In this document: positions 1 through 13,843 of the stretch, piece by piece
How positions within the stretch are numbered: position 1 is the first letter of the stretch
Layout of the letters: each line of letters opens with the position of its first letter
NCBI GenBank assembly: GCA_973895155.1
Contig: OZ316898.1
Location: 17,660,752 to 17,724,751 of the forward strand
Reading direction: 5' to 3'
DNA length: 64,000 bases
DNA from: Marsupella aquatica
Taxonomy: Eukaryota; Plantae; Marchantiophyta
Made by a program: the position numbers and the translations under genes
Notes under the pieces: model-generated
Told to the model about the DNA's origin: nothing
Seen by the model: only the letters and a program-made list of their open reading frames with translations
Databases searched by the model: none

Positions 1-1782
1 AAACAGCCACACCAGCAGCTTCAGCGAGACCCAGAGCTCCGATGAAGAGCAAAGCCAAAGAAGAGATCTTGTCGAATCCTAAGTAACGTTCTCTCTCTTC
101 TTTAGTGACCTGTCGACCAGCTAGCAAGCGCTTAAATACATTGCTTTTCCAGCGGTGCAGAAACCAGACGACACATAGTACACTACCCCCACTCCAGAAC
201 TGGGTTAAGTATTGTGCAACTGTAGGACTTGGTGCAACAATCATACCGCTGCGTCCAAAGTGCAGGATACAGACGTCAGTCACATACAATGGTCGGAGAT
301 GAACAATAGAGAATTCTATCTGAGAAGCACTGCCAATGGAGCAGCCAAATCAAACGGGCTATCAAAAATATGTAAAGGAGTGAGGACCATGAACGAAATT
401 AGTCTGGGGTAAGAATCACATCCGTTGCAGATCTAATTGCAAAACCAGAATAGCTAGCTGCTTGTAAAGCCACTGAGGGACAGGATCAGAACCAAATATT
501 CAGTTGATAGCATCGAATCCCAAAAACCTTCTGTACTCCTTAACAATGAGGAATCAATTTTGATAGGAAAATGCGTCCTGGAATGTTGCATCCGGAGACA
601 GTCAGTCAACCGCAAGTGAGTGCTGGAAAGGCTAGAGAGGAGAATGATGTGCAAGCTCACACTTGTAGCGCAGTTAAGAGGGTGGCAAACAGGCGGGCTG
701 GGTCCTGCATTGCCTTCCACACACTCAGCTCATATGGGACTCTCTCTTCGTCAGAAGCCAATTGCCTTTCTTGTCCTTGCAGGAGAGCTGCAGAACCCTT
801 CTCCACATACCCATGCATCTGACGAAGGACTCTGGGAAGTATTACCCAGGCTCCAGTGAATATGGTCACGGGCAGAGATATTTCTAGAATTGTAGGGTTA
901 GCCTCTAGAAACTTCTTCACTGGTGGGGCAGCCGCATCAATTGCTTCCACTACTGCCTTGGCAGAATCCACGATGCCATTGTAAGCAGCCTCAGCCCAAT
1001 CGGTCGCACTCTTTACTCCATTCTCAGCACCTTCTGTTGATCCATCTTTCCGTTCATTTTCACAAAATCCGAACAATTTAGTCGAGTAGCTTACAGAAGT
1101 GGACAGATCCCTGGCTACTGCCCCAAACTGAAGTGATAGTTGAAGAAGTTCTCTACAAAACTTACAATTTGGTGACTCTGAAAATTCTAGAGCCGTATTT
1201 CGCGATGACTAAAGATGACCTCCATGATACGAACATTCCGTTCTGTGTCTCAGTTCAGAAGGGAAAGTAATGTGAACACGAAATCAAAAGTGAGAAAGTC
1301 ATACCGGATGACGAGGTGAGAGTCACATTGCCTGGTGTATTGCTGCTGCCAGAAGCAAAACCCCGGGAGCCCATCAAAATGAAAGGGTGGAGCCCGAAGA
1401 TTGACGAATTTGCGCTCCGCGACTGATGAGTCCATCTTAGCTCCGGAAGCTTCAATTTTGGAGTCTCAATTAACGACACATTGTTGCTCACCCTCCACCT
1501 CTCAGAACGACAGCTCGTGACTGAAGTGCCTAACCCCGAAGAATGGGCCTCTTCTCCTCCATTCCACCCACAAGGAGAGGGGAAACGCTGAGAAAACGCG
1601 GCTGCGGAGGGAGGATCATCTGAGTGATTCGAGGGCAACAAAACAGGGCACTTGTCATCGAGCTGCTGCTGGCTGAGGAGAAAACCTCGGAGGCTGCCAC
1701 TCGAGAAACGAAAATCCGGCCCAGAGGTTTTTACAATTATTCTCCTCAGCCCGTTGAGGATGGAAGTACCTGACCGTGCCAT
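1..1782 (-). CDS. MSL1: Mechanosensitive channel of small conductance-like protein, MSL1 (mitochondrial) type; 3' part lies outside the window
   Basis: Manual exons 1782-1492, 1127-661 and 248-<1, with GT-AG boundaries and consistent phases. Translation includes AWVILPRVLRQMH...VPYELSVWKAMQDPARLFATL and VWFLHRWKSNV...FDKISSLALLFIGALGLAEAAGVAV, matching the plant MSL1 transmembrane region as I recall it. Exon 1 (MARSGTSILNGLRR...) looks like a mitochondrial presequence; the start codon is less certain. Confidence 0.85.
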
Positions 1783-4410
1783 TGGAAGTACTGTACGGTA
1801 ACTAGCTCTGCAGCATTTCCCTGGATGGGTCCATCGTTGCTCCGCAAGCTTCAATTTTGGAGTCTCTAGTGGGTTTTGAGCATCCCTGGGAAGTTGAACG
1901 GCCACGTAAGTCCTGATTCCTCCACCATTGGCGTTAGACTCAAAGTGGGTCTTCACGACATGATGCGAATGCCCTAAGGTATTTACTGTATAGCAATTCA
2001 ACCTGTGATAGTCTGGACATTTGTTTTCAATACCTCTCGGAGGCGATACTCAGCGCGAGTCTCCCATCGAGAGAGATTGTGGCCCTTCTCTAAAGAGCCT
2101 GTGATCAGAACAGTGATTACTCCAAATCAGTCAGCTGGAAGCACACCGAACGCGATGGAGTGGGAGAAATTCCAGCGTTACAGTTGAGAGGAAGTCGTAG
2201 ATCGCTCTCTTCGTGCCGGTTCATGTCGGTTGACTGTCAGCGCACCCTTACGAACTGTGGCACGGATCAAGTGCAGGACAGAGAAAATTCAGATCGCTAC
2301 AAGTGATGAATTATGAGCGTAGAAGCAGATCGGGAATGGCAGAAAATTTGCCGATGTGGGCAGTAACGAAAGCAACTTGTCAAGATGTTGGCGGCAAAAT
2401 CTTTGCGAATTTGAGGGAGAAAGACACTCTTGACAGTAGCTCGACCAAGGACATGTGGCGTTTTGAGACATGCACCTAAGACTCTGGGAGAAGCTTCAGT
2501 AAGTTCCTTGCATTCTGAAATACATTGAAGTCCTTAAACCCTGCTCAACGGTACGTACCTTGATATGGGGCGCTTGACAGGTGTTCATGTCTGGTCCGGT
2601 TCGAGTTTGGATCTCTACGCGACAGGTCAGAGATGGGCGTGGCCTTTACATTGGTTAGTTCTTTTGGTGGACGCGACTACTGTCCTACTGTAAGCGAAAG
2701 GTGCACCAAGAGAGTGTTACAGCAATGGCCTTTCAAATGCCGGTCTTTCTTCGTGGGATTAGAGTTTCGACCAAGAGAGTTTAACAGCAACGGCCCTTCA
2801 AATCGACTCACGATTGGTTTGCATGCCAGTCTTCCTTTCTTCGAGGGGTTAGAGTAGACTCTCGCTGATGGACTACTGGTCAAGGGCGGTCCAACTTCAT
2901 TAACTTTCGGCAGCATGTCAGTCTTTTTTAGTCGTGGAATTGTTGAATTGGATCCGAGACTCGGTAGGAGTTGAATTAAAGCTAGTACTGCATCAATGGT
3001 GGTTCAAATTCACTCTGTTGGTTTTTATTCATGTCTTCCTGCTTTCCTTCATGAGATAGGGTAAGTCAGCGAGTGGAGTACATCAGGGGGATATCATAGG
3101 AGAGTCGAGGGTTGTAAACCGGGTTGACAAGAATGGTTATGGCTCTTCCTATGCCCAAATGGTATATGGAAAGTGGCCATACACCTCTCTCAGCCAACTT
3201 AAGTATTAGAACAGATTTTCAATACTGCAAAACGTACTTTTCAAGCAAAGAATTAATTGTCCCCAACATAGCCATTCTACTGTCACCAAACATGCAAATA
3301 TGATATGTTCGCCAACAATATCTTACACCTTCAAGTGCTAGAATATATTGATCTCGTGGATAGTGCTTGAACCTAAAAGGAGGCAGCAGATGCTACCAGG
3401 GCCATTCCAAGAACACACCCCAGTTTCTACCTGGAGTCAACTAAAGCAGCCCTACTCTTCTTCTTTTTCCCCAACCATCCGAGACTAAACAGCTCGCACT
3501 CTCAGAAACATCGTCTCCGAGTCCTACAAGTAATTTGAAAGAATAACAAATATTCAACTGATATAGATATCGAGTCCTAAATCCTTTCCAGGCACCACAA
3601 GGACATTTCTTCTCTTTGAGCCCTATACACCAAAGAGTCTCCCGCTCAGATAGTCGTAAAGCCTTCCGCCTTCATTTCTGCACAAATGCAGCAGATTTTC
3701 GTATGAGAAATAGACCAAGACGTCGCAAAAATCCTCTATAGTAAAGGATAACTAAACCCTGGGCATCATGCTTAACAGTTTTCACGTTGCAAACAAATTG
3801 CGTCCATCAATGACTATGAGTCACTTTCAGATGAAGGAGTTAGAGTCATTGATATGGCCACTTACCAATCTGAAACCATTCAAAAATGACTGAATCACGG
3901 TCCCATATGGTTCGCAAATGTCGACATCTACAAAATATTACTGCAACTGGGCCATGCAAGTACATAAGAAAGGATCCTTCAATGTCGCTGCTATTATAAC
4001 CAAATCCGCAGGTGCTAGTGCTTATCCACATCTCTACCATCACATACACTCTTGTAATCATACAACTTACGAACAAACCCAAACAATTATACCAGGCTGG
4101 TATTGTATCAATGTATACCATTCAAAATGTTTGCAACACGAAGCACTCAGAATCCAAGGCATAATGCTCGTCAAACTGTCGTCAGCCGGATGAATCTTTT
4201 GAAGAACCTTGACAAGCACTGACGACCACCTTTGTCATAGAGCTGTGCGTTGACTTTGTAGACTGTCTGCATTCATAAGTCGACTTCTGGTCTACTGTGC
4301 GGACAGAAAGGAGGAGTACCAAGTGGCTGCTTGTAACCAGATGATGTTTATGCAAGATGCGACAGACAATTTTATTGGACAAACTAGGACCAAGAGGCAT
4401 TCAACTGTTG

Positions 4411-7400
4411 TCATCCATTTTGATCAGCTGAAAGCCCCGGTTTGGATATGCGAGAACCATTTGAGACCTCCTCAGGTTTCTTCCATGGTAGAGCACCCCT
4501 CATCCTAGCAGGCCGTTTACTCCTTGGCTTCTTCACCGCTGCCAAAGGAACGGAACCAATGTCCCCTTTGTTCGTTCCGTTCTTTACTGCATTTCGGATG
4601 GAGGACCCAGAACCCAAACATGTCGCTCCTTGAGACAAAAGGTTTGTCACCCCTTGAGGCCCCGCATCTATCACTTCATTAGACTCGTAAGGTGCTCCCC
4701 GTTGAGATCTTACAGATATTCTTTTTGACTTTCTCACTGCTGCCGAAGAAACAGAGCCCCTACCCGCTTTGTTCGTTCCAACGTTATCTGCGGTTTGAGT
4801 AGAGCCGTGATATGTCGTCCTTTGAGGGCCCAAATCTGTTGTCACTTGAGACCCAAAATACTTCATCACTTGCGATTTCGATACTAATGCCCCCGGAGAC
4901 TCAAAATATGTTCTCTCTTGAGAACCCAAGTTTGTCATCTCTTGGAACCCCAAACTAATCCTCCCTTGAACATTCGAGTCTGCCAGCCCTTGAGATCCCA
5001 CATCTGTCGGTCCATGAGACCCGAAATATGTCATATCCTCAGGCCCCAAATCTGTCATCCCTGAGGACCCCACATTGGCATTCCCTTGGGATCCCAAAGA
5101 TGCCCTCCCTTGAGATGACGAAGCTGTCTTTCCTTGAGACTCAAAACCCGTAGTCCCTTGAGACCCCAAATCTGCTCCTCCTAGAGATCCCAAGTACGTC
5201 GTGCCTTCGGACAAAAGTTCTTGCACCCCTCGTAAAAATGGCCACGAAAGAACTGCTCTAGTCGCAGATGCCACCTCTTCATCTTCGAGAGAAAAGTGCC
5301 CGTTGCCCGAATTCGACATGCTCATCCCTTTTTGGCGAGAATCTCCATCACTGACGTTCAATAAGCGTTCACACGTATTTGACTCTTCATCAGAAGATTT
5401 CCTTGACACCGCCTTCGCTGCTAAAGACTCATTGGTCTCTGAGTCACCCAAAGGACGAAATTTGTCAACTACATCAGCGATCATCTCTGCACGTTCTTGT
5501 GTTCTAGTAGCATTGGAAGACCTCTGAACCCGATTGTCCTCTTCAGCACGAAGGCATTTGCAGTAGCTTTCAAGAGATTGAACCAGGTCAAGAAATGAAA
5601 CGATTTCTGGTCCAACTGATTGCACTTCTCGTGAAGTGTCCTGAGAGGGACTGACCGGGAGGCTTCGATTCAACCTGGTGACTTTTAACTTAGACCTTCT
5701 GGAAGGACCAATAGGTTCAGCAATGTGTTCTGCCTTGCGTTTCCTCCCTTTATCTGATTTGTTCGAAGGGTCACTAGCATCAACAATCCGTGAAGGCATC
5801 CTTCTTGTCCTCTTCCCTGACCTGTTCCAATCGTCCGAAGGGTCAGAACCAGGCAGTCTCTTCCGTTTCGTCCTCTCACTGGACCTGTTTATATTACCCA
5901 GCTCAGTGTTAACAGAGCCTGGTCTTGCTTCAGAAAATTCATTATCTGGATCAATGATATCCATGAACTCGTTATTATTCAGAACATCCGGAGCAGACAC
6001 GGCCCCGTCTTGCGAAGCCTTCCTGGCTCTTGCTAGTTTTCGTTTTAGAATTCTGGCAGCTCGGCGCTCCCTGAAAGAATCATGAACTTGCCTAAATTAG
6101 TTGAAACACGTGAACTCAGATACTACATCTGTCCTCACTCTTTGAGATTCAAATGGGAAGAAATATTTTTCCGAGAAGATTTCCATTCATCTAGTTCTCC
6201 TACTCTTGCGAACTTCATTCTTGTATGAGAAAATCAGTTAGTAAACCCAAGCTTTGGGGTTCAAGCTTAGGAGGCCTTGCAACAGCTTTGAGAGAAATTA
6301 AAATTAGTCATATCGCGTAGCGAAGTCCTGGAAAAGTCAAGAACCCACCTCGCAGCATTAGCTACCATATCACCACCACCACTCCCCATGGTATCTCCCC
6401 GCTGTTTGTCCGTCACCTGTTTCTTGCCAGCAGGCTTTCTAGGAGGCACCTGAAAATCCATGCCTTTTGAGATGAAGTCCTGTGGGCCTAGTCTTGGTCT
6501 TTCCTTCTTGCGACCCTGAAAATTTCCAACGAGTGCAGTGCGTCGAATATGGACAGCCCTTTGAAACTCAGGTTGATCCTCTGGGTGTAAGAACTTCCAC
6601 CGTCTGCAAGAAAAATGTGTCAAAATTTGCACACGAATGTGGGAGACAGCCAAACTTAATATTCGCTTGATCTCCAAAATAGTGTACTCGAGAGATGAGG
6701 GAAAGAAATACATTTTTGCTAACACTTATCCTAGCAGTGATAAGAACAGTCCATGAAAAAACCAATTGAAAGGAAGACCCATCTCTCGGTTCACCAGAGA
6801 TTCGCAAGAAATAAAAAATACTTTATAGCATGTAGAAAGATACAAGAGTCAGAGACCGTACCGGCAACATTGATTATCAGTCCGAATCTTCAGGTCATTG
6901 GCCACTGCTGCCCAACGATGTGGTCCATGCCTAGCCACGGATTCTTCCAATATCCTATCCTCGTCTTCTGTCCATTCCCCAAGTTTAATGCTAGGATCAA
7001 GGACATTACACCACCTGCAAGAGACAGCGAAATTTGAGACTCCAATAGAAACAAACCGAGGATGCGAATGGCATTAGTGAGTCTCTCGCAGCACATGGGC
7101 CCACTGATCCTGGGAAAGAGGGCCATAGCTTTTTGATGTCATGCAATTAGGAAACCAAAAGAAAAGTCCATGAGCAGGCTTAGCGATGAAAACTATCACT
7201 GCATGAGCATGCAGGTTCACTTGAAAATCTGAAGTAATGAATAAATTTCTCAACTATTAGAAAGAAATGATCGACACTCCAACATTTCCGCTAACATCCT
7301 TGGTATCTGAGACAAATATGTTCACACCTTTCCCTACACTGTAAGTCAGTGCGTCCAGGGACATGCTCCGCAATCTGTCTCCACTTTTTGGGTCCATATA

Positions 7401-10400
7401 CAGACACTGCCCATTTTAGCCGTTTGTCCTCCTCCACTGACCACCTTCCCCTTTTCTTCTTAGTTGGGTGCAGTACTTTGTACCACCTGCAAAAACAAAC
7501 AAGGTCGTTTAAGCTGATGTCTCTCAATACAGCGGGAGTGGATACTAAGGTTGTAAACGTCATTCGAGACGCAGAAATGTGAAAGGCGTCATTCGAATCC
7601 TCAGTAGCATAAGTGACGATGAAACTCCTAACCTCATGAGACATTGACTGTTGTTCCTCCCTTCAAGACAAGCAGAGACTGCACTCCAATCATTCTCGCC
7701 CCACTCTCCCACAGCTGCACGTAGTCGATTATCTTCCTCTGGTGTCCAGTTGCTCCGCATGATGCTCGCATTCAAGCTGCGCTGGTATCTAGTTAAACAC
7801 TCTGCTGGAGTCCTATTTGTTCCCAATTGTTCTGCAATCTTCTCCCAGCTACAAAAATCATGCTGCTGCGCGATACTCAGTAGCTTCTTGTCCTCCATCT
7901 TTTTCCAGAGGCCCTTGTTGATAAGGGAATCTTCATGATTGATCCATCTGCAACAGAAAATAACAATCAGGTGTGACCTTCTCGTGTTCGAACCTTAACG
8001 ACTGGGGAAAACGCCAGAAAATTCGACATGCAGCCACAGGCTGATGCAATGCAGTAGACCAATTCAAATTTAGAGCCTACCTAGTCCGACATTCTTCTGG
8101 CGTTCGGCCAACAACATACACTCTTGCCACCTCAGCCCAATCAATCCCAGGGACCGCATCCCTTATCTGCTGAGGGGAAAACTCCTTTCCCCCTATCTTG
8201 CTCATATAATCATCCAAACTGTTGAACTCTTCGTCTAGAGCATCTGCATTGCTGGTGGCAACAGGAAAGCACGTCAAAACAGAAATCACAATCTGATACT
8301 CGAAGCCAAGAAAAGTTAAGATGCCCGAAAAACTCATGATATAACTCGAAACTTCTTAGTCCAACGACCTTTCATTCGAAATCAAGAGCCACACTGTGGC
8401 TTGAAATCACACGTCTACCTGAGAGCATCCATGGCTTGCCGGACAAGTACTTCGTAAACCTGTTGTTTCAAACCTTTGGCAAGCTCTGTCCTTTCATCGT
8501 TTGACCAGCGTCTACAAGGAAAGGTAAAAGCAACTTTTTTCTGCAATTTCTTGTAGATCTCCGCATCTGGGTTTTCCGGAGGCCCACATGTCTGCAAATC
8601 ACTGACTGTCTGCCAAACATATTCAGTCAGGTGATGTAGCAAAATCTCAATATGCTGACTTCTCGTGAAACATTATCTCTTACAATAATACAGGAGTTGA
8701 AAACATCATAAGATACTCCACCTGTTTGCGAGTATTCCATTTCAACATGCAGAATTACGATTCCAAATAATTATTGCGAAAACGTGAATAGAAAATTGCT
8801 TTTCTACGGAGCAAGCTCAACCTGGTATCCCTCTCTTGCAAAGGGTCCAAAAACCGCAGGTTACCAAATTATCATTCAGATTATTAGAAACTTGAATTTG
8901 TATATAGCTCCATGCATTCAGCTAACAGAAATTGTCGAATCAACTCTAATTGTAATGCTTGCATTCAGCTCAAAATATCGCTTCAATATTTACTTGCACT
9001 CTGAATTCGGCTCAAACAGACTGTTAAAGTAAACATGGAAAGATTGATGTTGAAGTGAGATATTGCAAACCATGGATTCCTGTAAACAGTGACCAGCTGA
9101 CAAAAATATCAAGGTTGGGATCGGAGGATAACCTTGATACTTGAGTCACAGGAGGTGTTTTGCGATGCGGGAGTTTTAGCAGCAATAAGCCTGACGGACG
9201 GGTTGGCCTGGTCCGTGAAGAATCCAGCAAACCGCCGGTTGCAATACTTTTCAAAATCAACGAGGGACCTCACCCGCTTTTGTAGCACTGCATTCTCTTT
9301 TTGCTTTGCTTCTATTTGACTTAATGCATTTCTCAACGTCTTTTGATATTGTCTATTTTTCTTCAAAGCCTCTGTAAGGACACGCGCGCTTTCCGGGTGA
9401 CTGTAAATTTTCGTATCCTCTGGCGTTGCGCTCAGATTGTTATCCCCATGCTCGACTGAAACTCCTTCCAGTCGTCCTGCAGGACTAGCATCACCATACA
9501 GGACATCCCCATCTGTTTCATTCCAATTCCCAGGAAGGAACGAGGCGATTGAACTTCCAATCTCGTCACCCTGCTCGACGCCTATCTCAGATGTTGTTTG
9601 GGGGCTGAAACCCCCTTCTCCTTCTCCCACATTTCCGCCTGGCTCGCCTCCTGGATCCATGTGTCTCCAACATCTCAATGAAACCAATTGATGAATCGAA
9701 CTATTCATTCAAAGCTGCCACGGGAAGAATAATCGGACCACTTCTACATTTGCGGACAGTCTACAAGCAACTGGATCGAATCGATCCGGAAAGTGCAATA
9801 TTGTGCCTCCTTCCTTGATCATTACCGTAAGCCGAAAGACTGAACTGTTGTTTTCTCTTCTGTTTCTTCATCTTTGTAAGCCCGAAGACTTTATTTTTGC
9901 CAGAATCAGAAGTGACTAGCGGAGAAGACTAGTCTCTCAAGACAAGTTAGTCATGCTGCATAGACGAAAAGTCGTACATTGACACAAAAGACTGGGTTTT
10001 TGTTTCTCTCTTCTGTTCGTTTTCCTCCAGAACCTTTCCAGAATCACAAATGACAGAAAGTGGCGGAAGACTAGTCTCTCAAGACAAGCTAGTGATACTC
10101 CTTTGACAAAATGTGAGACCTCCATTGACATAAGCCCTCCACGGACGACGTCTTTGTTAGTATGAGAAGATGACACGTAAAAGAAAATAATACGCATCCA
10201 CACAACAAATACCTGGGCTAGCCTGCGGCGAAGGGATTGGATGGGACTTCTTGTCAGCCCTTAAATCTTCGTTCGTGTCCCTGGTTTCTTCCAGCTTCAG
10301 CGAGACCACTTCGGGAAGGCTTGGAACACTTGGAAGACTTGGAACGCTTGGAACGCCTCCACCCAATTCAGTCTTGTAGAGCTTTTCCACCGAGCGCAAA

Positions 10401-10801
10401 AGTTCCTCATCATCCTCTTCCTCGTCGCCTTCTTCTTCAGCTTCACTGACGACACTATCCAACTTCTTGTCCCCCTTGGTCGCAGTTGCCGTCTTTCCGA
10501 ACCATGGGGATTCCCCATACCCGAAGGACCCGTACTTGTTTTTTATTGATAAAAAGAGCTCGTCGTCGTCTTCCTCTTCCATCTCCTCTTCTTCTTCCTC
10601 ATCGTCGTTCTCCTCGAATGCTGGCGGAGTCTCCCCGGAGAGGATGCTCGCAGGAGTGGAGATGTACCCCGCATGACCAACCTCCAGCACGCACGCTCGC
10701 TTCAACGCATCAATGTGCTTCCGAAAATTTTCCCCCACTCCAGTCACAATATCGTCGTCGTCCTCCGAGTCATCACCTCCTCCATCATTACGAATTGCCA
10801 T
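4411..10801 (-). CDS. SNAPC4: Multi-repeat MYB protein, SNAPC4/SNAP190-like (plant 4R-MYB; snRNA-activating complex subunit)
   Basis: Exons 10801-10213, 9650-9133, 8591-8419, 8251-8081, 7947-7633, 7486-7328, 7014-6862, 6603-6349 and 6070-4411, all GT-AG with consistent phase. Successive MYB repeats (WKKMEDKKLL..WEKIA..RTPAECLTRY; WTPEEDNRL..W; WSVEEDKRL..WRQIA; WTEDEDRIL..WAAVA), preceded by a coiled coil (ALKKNRQYQKTLR) and a GPPEN motif. The last exon is uncertain; it may splice on to about 4287-4182. Confidence 0.85.
4600..5215 (-). repeat. Degenerate 24-bp (8-aa) coding repeats, consensus roughly LGSQGxTx, in the SNAPC4 C-terminal tail
   Basis: Protein reads YLGSLGGADLGSQGTTGFESQGKTASSSQGRASLGSQGNANVGSSGMTDLGPEDMTYFGSHG... 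with 8-residue periodicity. Confidence 0.8.
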
Positions 10802-11561
10802 CGCGTTCTCTTGCAGATTGACCGTGCAGACTCCACAACAAAGGCACCGAAGCAGAACTACTCTCTAACAAGCAACCGGACCGGCAGTGAGGAAGAATGC
10901 AGCTGCACAGGAACTGCGGAAATCACGCAATTACCTCCGTCAGTCTTCCGATTGGAATCAACAAATTCACTACGAAACAATCGATTGCTCGTTTCCAGAC
11001 CTACTCTCCGTTTCTTTCTCGCATTAACAAATGCACCATCGCTAAACCCTCATTCTTCTGCTGACACACACAGACATCCCTAAATTCCATACTCAGCTGT
11101 AATAAGATCATACAGCTCCTCGTTGATGTTCAATTCCAAATGTGCAATGATATGTCCTTCAATCCTCCATCGCGCATCGTCATGGGTGCTCTGCTCTACA
11201 TTGCAATTGAAACATCCTTCTCGTCATTGAACACAAAACTACACCGAAGCCCTCTTTTCCCACCAGGGTTTTGTGCCTACTGTTGGCCCTAGAGTTGTTG
11301 GTCCCCAGAGTTTTTATGGATCTTGGATACAATTTAGTTATTTATTTTGTTTTATATGGCAAAACTATATTTGTGAGTTTTCTTTATGGATTGGTTTTGA
11401 TACAATTTGCTATTTTGTTTTATATGGCAAAACTATATTTGGGTTTTTTGTCTCCTATATTTATGGTGTTTGGCATAGTACTCTCCTCAAAAGAAAAGAA
11501 GGGATGGCATGGAAAATTGATGCACTCACAAATACAGAGAGAAAACTCACAAGTCTTTGAG

Positions 11562-13843
11562 TGAGACACGTTCCAGGGCGAGTTTTAGCTAGTAGGGACT
11601 CCACACAGGGTGAGGTGCATTTTCACTCTTTGGCTAATTTACTCAAGGATAAATATGGGGTGAGAGAGCCCAGATACTCAAAACTTGTAGGAAAACTAGC
11701 CCCGACTACCCATTCTTTGAACTTGAATAGCGGGGAGTACAATAAAAATGTCACCAAAATATATTCCTTATTCACATGTTTTGAAGGTTAATGAAATGAT
11801 ATAAAAATTATCATACATATCATCATTTTAATAATCATACATAACATACCATAGTACTTTTTTCTATGCATATCCCACTTTCAGTTTTTCTATCCCACAT
11901 CTAACTTATGCACATATAATATGATGGGGCCATAGAGGTCAATTTCTAATATAAATAGAAATCATAACAAAAAATAGTCATGATTATCATTTGACATGAC
12001 ATACATCATAGACATAAGTTTTCTCATCCACATGATGAGCCATGGAGTTATGGTCTAGAGTCTTCACTCTAGAAGCCTAGGCCCCAACTCTAGCTTGTAA
12101 TTGGAGATTTATAAGTAAGATGACTAGGTTTGTCAAAGGATAATGACTATGGAAAATCAAAGGTTTGTAGCTATGGAGGCAGCAACACATCAGGAGGTGT
12201 ATCTTTGGCTTGGCTTGATCATTTTTGGATTGCATAGGTGCGTTGGATTTGTCTTTGGATGCTCTTGAGGATAAGCTTTGATTTAGGCTTTCCTGGAGCA
12301 GCTCCAAGTTGCTAACGTAGCACTCATTGTTAGACCTGAAAATTGGTAATAGTCACAACAAATTAGGAGTTGTATCTTGACCATTTTATGATCATTTTAG
12401 GTTTGGTTTGGGGCATTGGATATGAACCATGAATCATGTCTCCCATTAGCTGCTTGAAGTTGAGGGAGCTCAAAGTTCATCCCAAAACTTCAAGATTTAA
12501 AGAACAAAGGCCAAATTAAGTGTTGTGGTTTAGGGAGCTATATCTTTGGCATTTCTTAATCATTTTTGGATTGGACAGGGTTGGAATCATCCTTGAATGC
12601 TCTTTAAGGATAAGCATTCAAATCAGGCTTCAGAGGATAGTTTGATGCTATGTATTGGAGGTAGATCAGAGAGCTGGAAATTAGGGATTTGAGTGAGAAT
12701 AAGCCAAAATTTGAGTCACTACTTGTCATGAGGGCTGGCTCATGGCCTTCCTTGTTGGTTGTTGGATTCCAGACGAGTAGTTGAGGTGCCCTTGGTGGCC
12801 CTCAGTGGGTATCAAAGTGCGTGGACAAGGAGACAAGAAGAATTGATACAAGATTGAATGATCTAGCTAGGGAGAGCACAGTGTGACTGATTTGAGGTGG
12901 AAAATTTGTGTGCATTGCTGGTGGCTTGTGGGTGCTGCTCAAGGATCCAAGGAGTGATACCTAGGCAAGTAAATGACCCAGGGTTGAGTGTTGGAGAGAT
13001 TAGAGTGTTGCTTAAATCCAAGAGAGAGATTTCAGGGCTGAAAATGAGTGTCAGGATCCAATGTCAGGAGTTACCGAGTTACTAGTGACTAGTCTAGAGC
13101 TACTTGAGTTACACTTGAAGGTAGGAGCTAGGGGAGGTGCCCTTGGAGGCCAAAAGTGAGCTCAGTGCAAGAGAGGTGCTTGGAGGTTTGTGAAACTTAC
13201 CTAGGTAGTGAGTATGAGATTTAGAGTAGATATATAGCAAGTTATATAGCTAAGTAAATTTTTGGTTTCAAGCTTTGGAAGGGAGTAATTAGATGTCTTG
13301 GATGTTGTGGTAGTAGGTACAGAAGTAATAAGTAGGCGGGCAACTCATATGAGTGAGTGAGCTCTCAAGTTTGAGTTATTGATAATTAGTTGTGCAAATT
13401 TTTAGTTTCAGGGACTTGTATGTTGTTGACTGGTGGAAGCTTTGTGCATTTTTGCTCAAGCCAAGCTGATCAACAATTGCAATGTCCTAGCTCTGACTAG
13501 GAAAATAGTGTGTATGAGAGAGGTTTCAAACTAGGACATTCACTTGTGTTGGAAGCTTTGTGAGTTACATAAAACAGTCCTTTGATTCATTTTGCTCTAC
13601 TGCCCTATTTTTGATTTTGCAAATGACTACTTACAAGTATCAAAAGTGCATGATGTTTGTACTACCTTCCATTCAGTTTGGTTGATATTTTGAAAGTGTA
13701 GTAAGTGTTACTTGGTTCTGCAAAGTAGAGAGAAGACAAGTCTGGGTATCAATTTTTTGTTCTCTTGATAGGGCAATGAAATTGGTGTATTTTGCTTACT
13801 TGATCATGGGCCTACTATTCATGCACACTACTAGGGTGTGACA
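11562..13843. mobile_element. Possible decayed LTR (Gypsy-like) remnant
   Basis: Strongly CpG-depleted, with no coherent ORF. Begins TGAGACAC and ends GGGTGTGACA, resembling Gypsy LTR termini. No clean TSD, so the boundaries are tentative. Confidence 0.3.
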
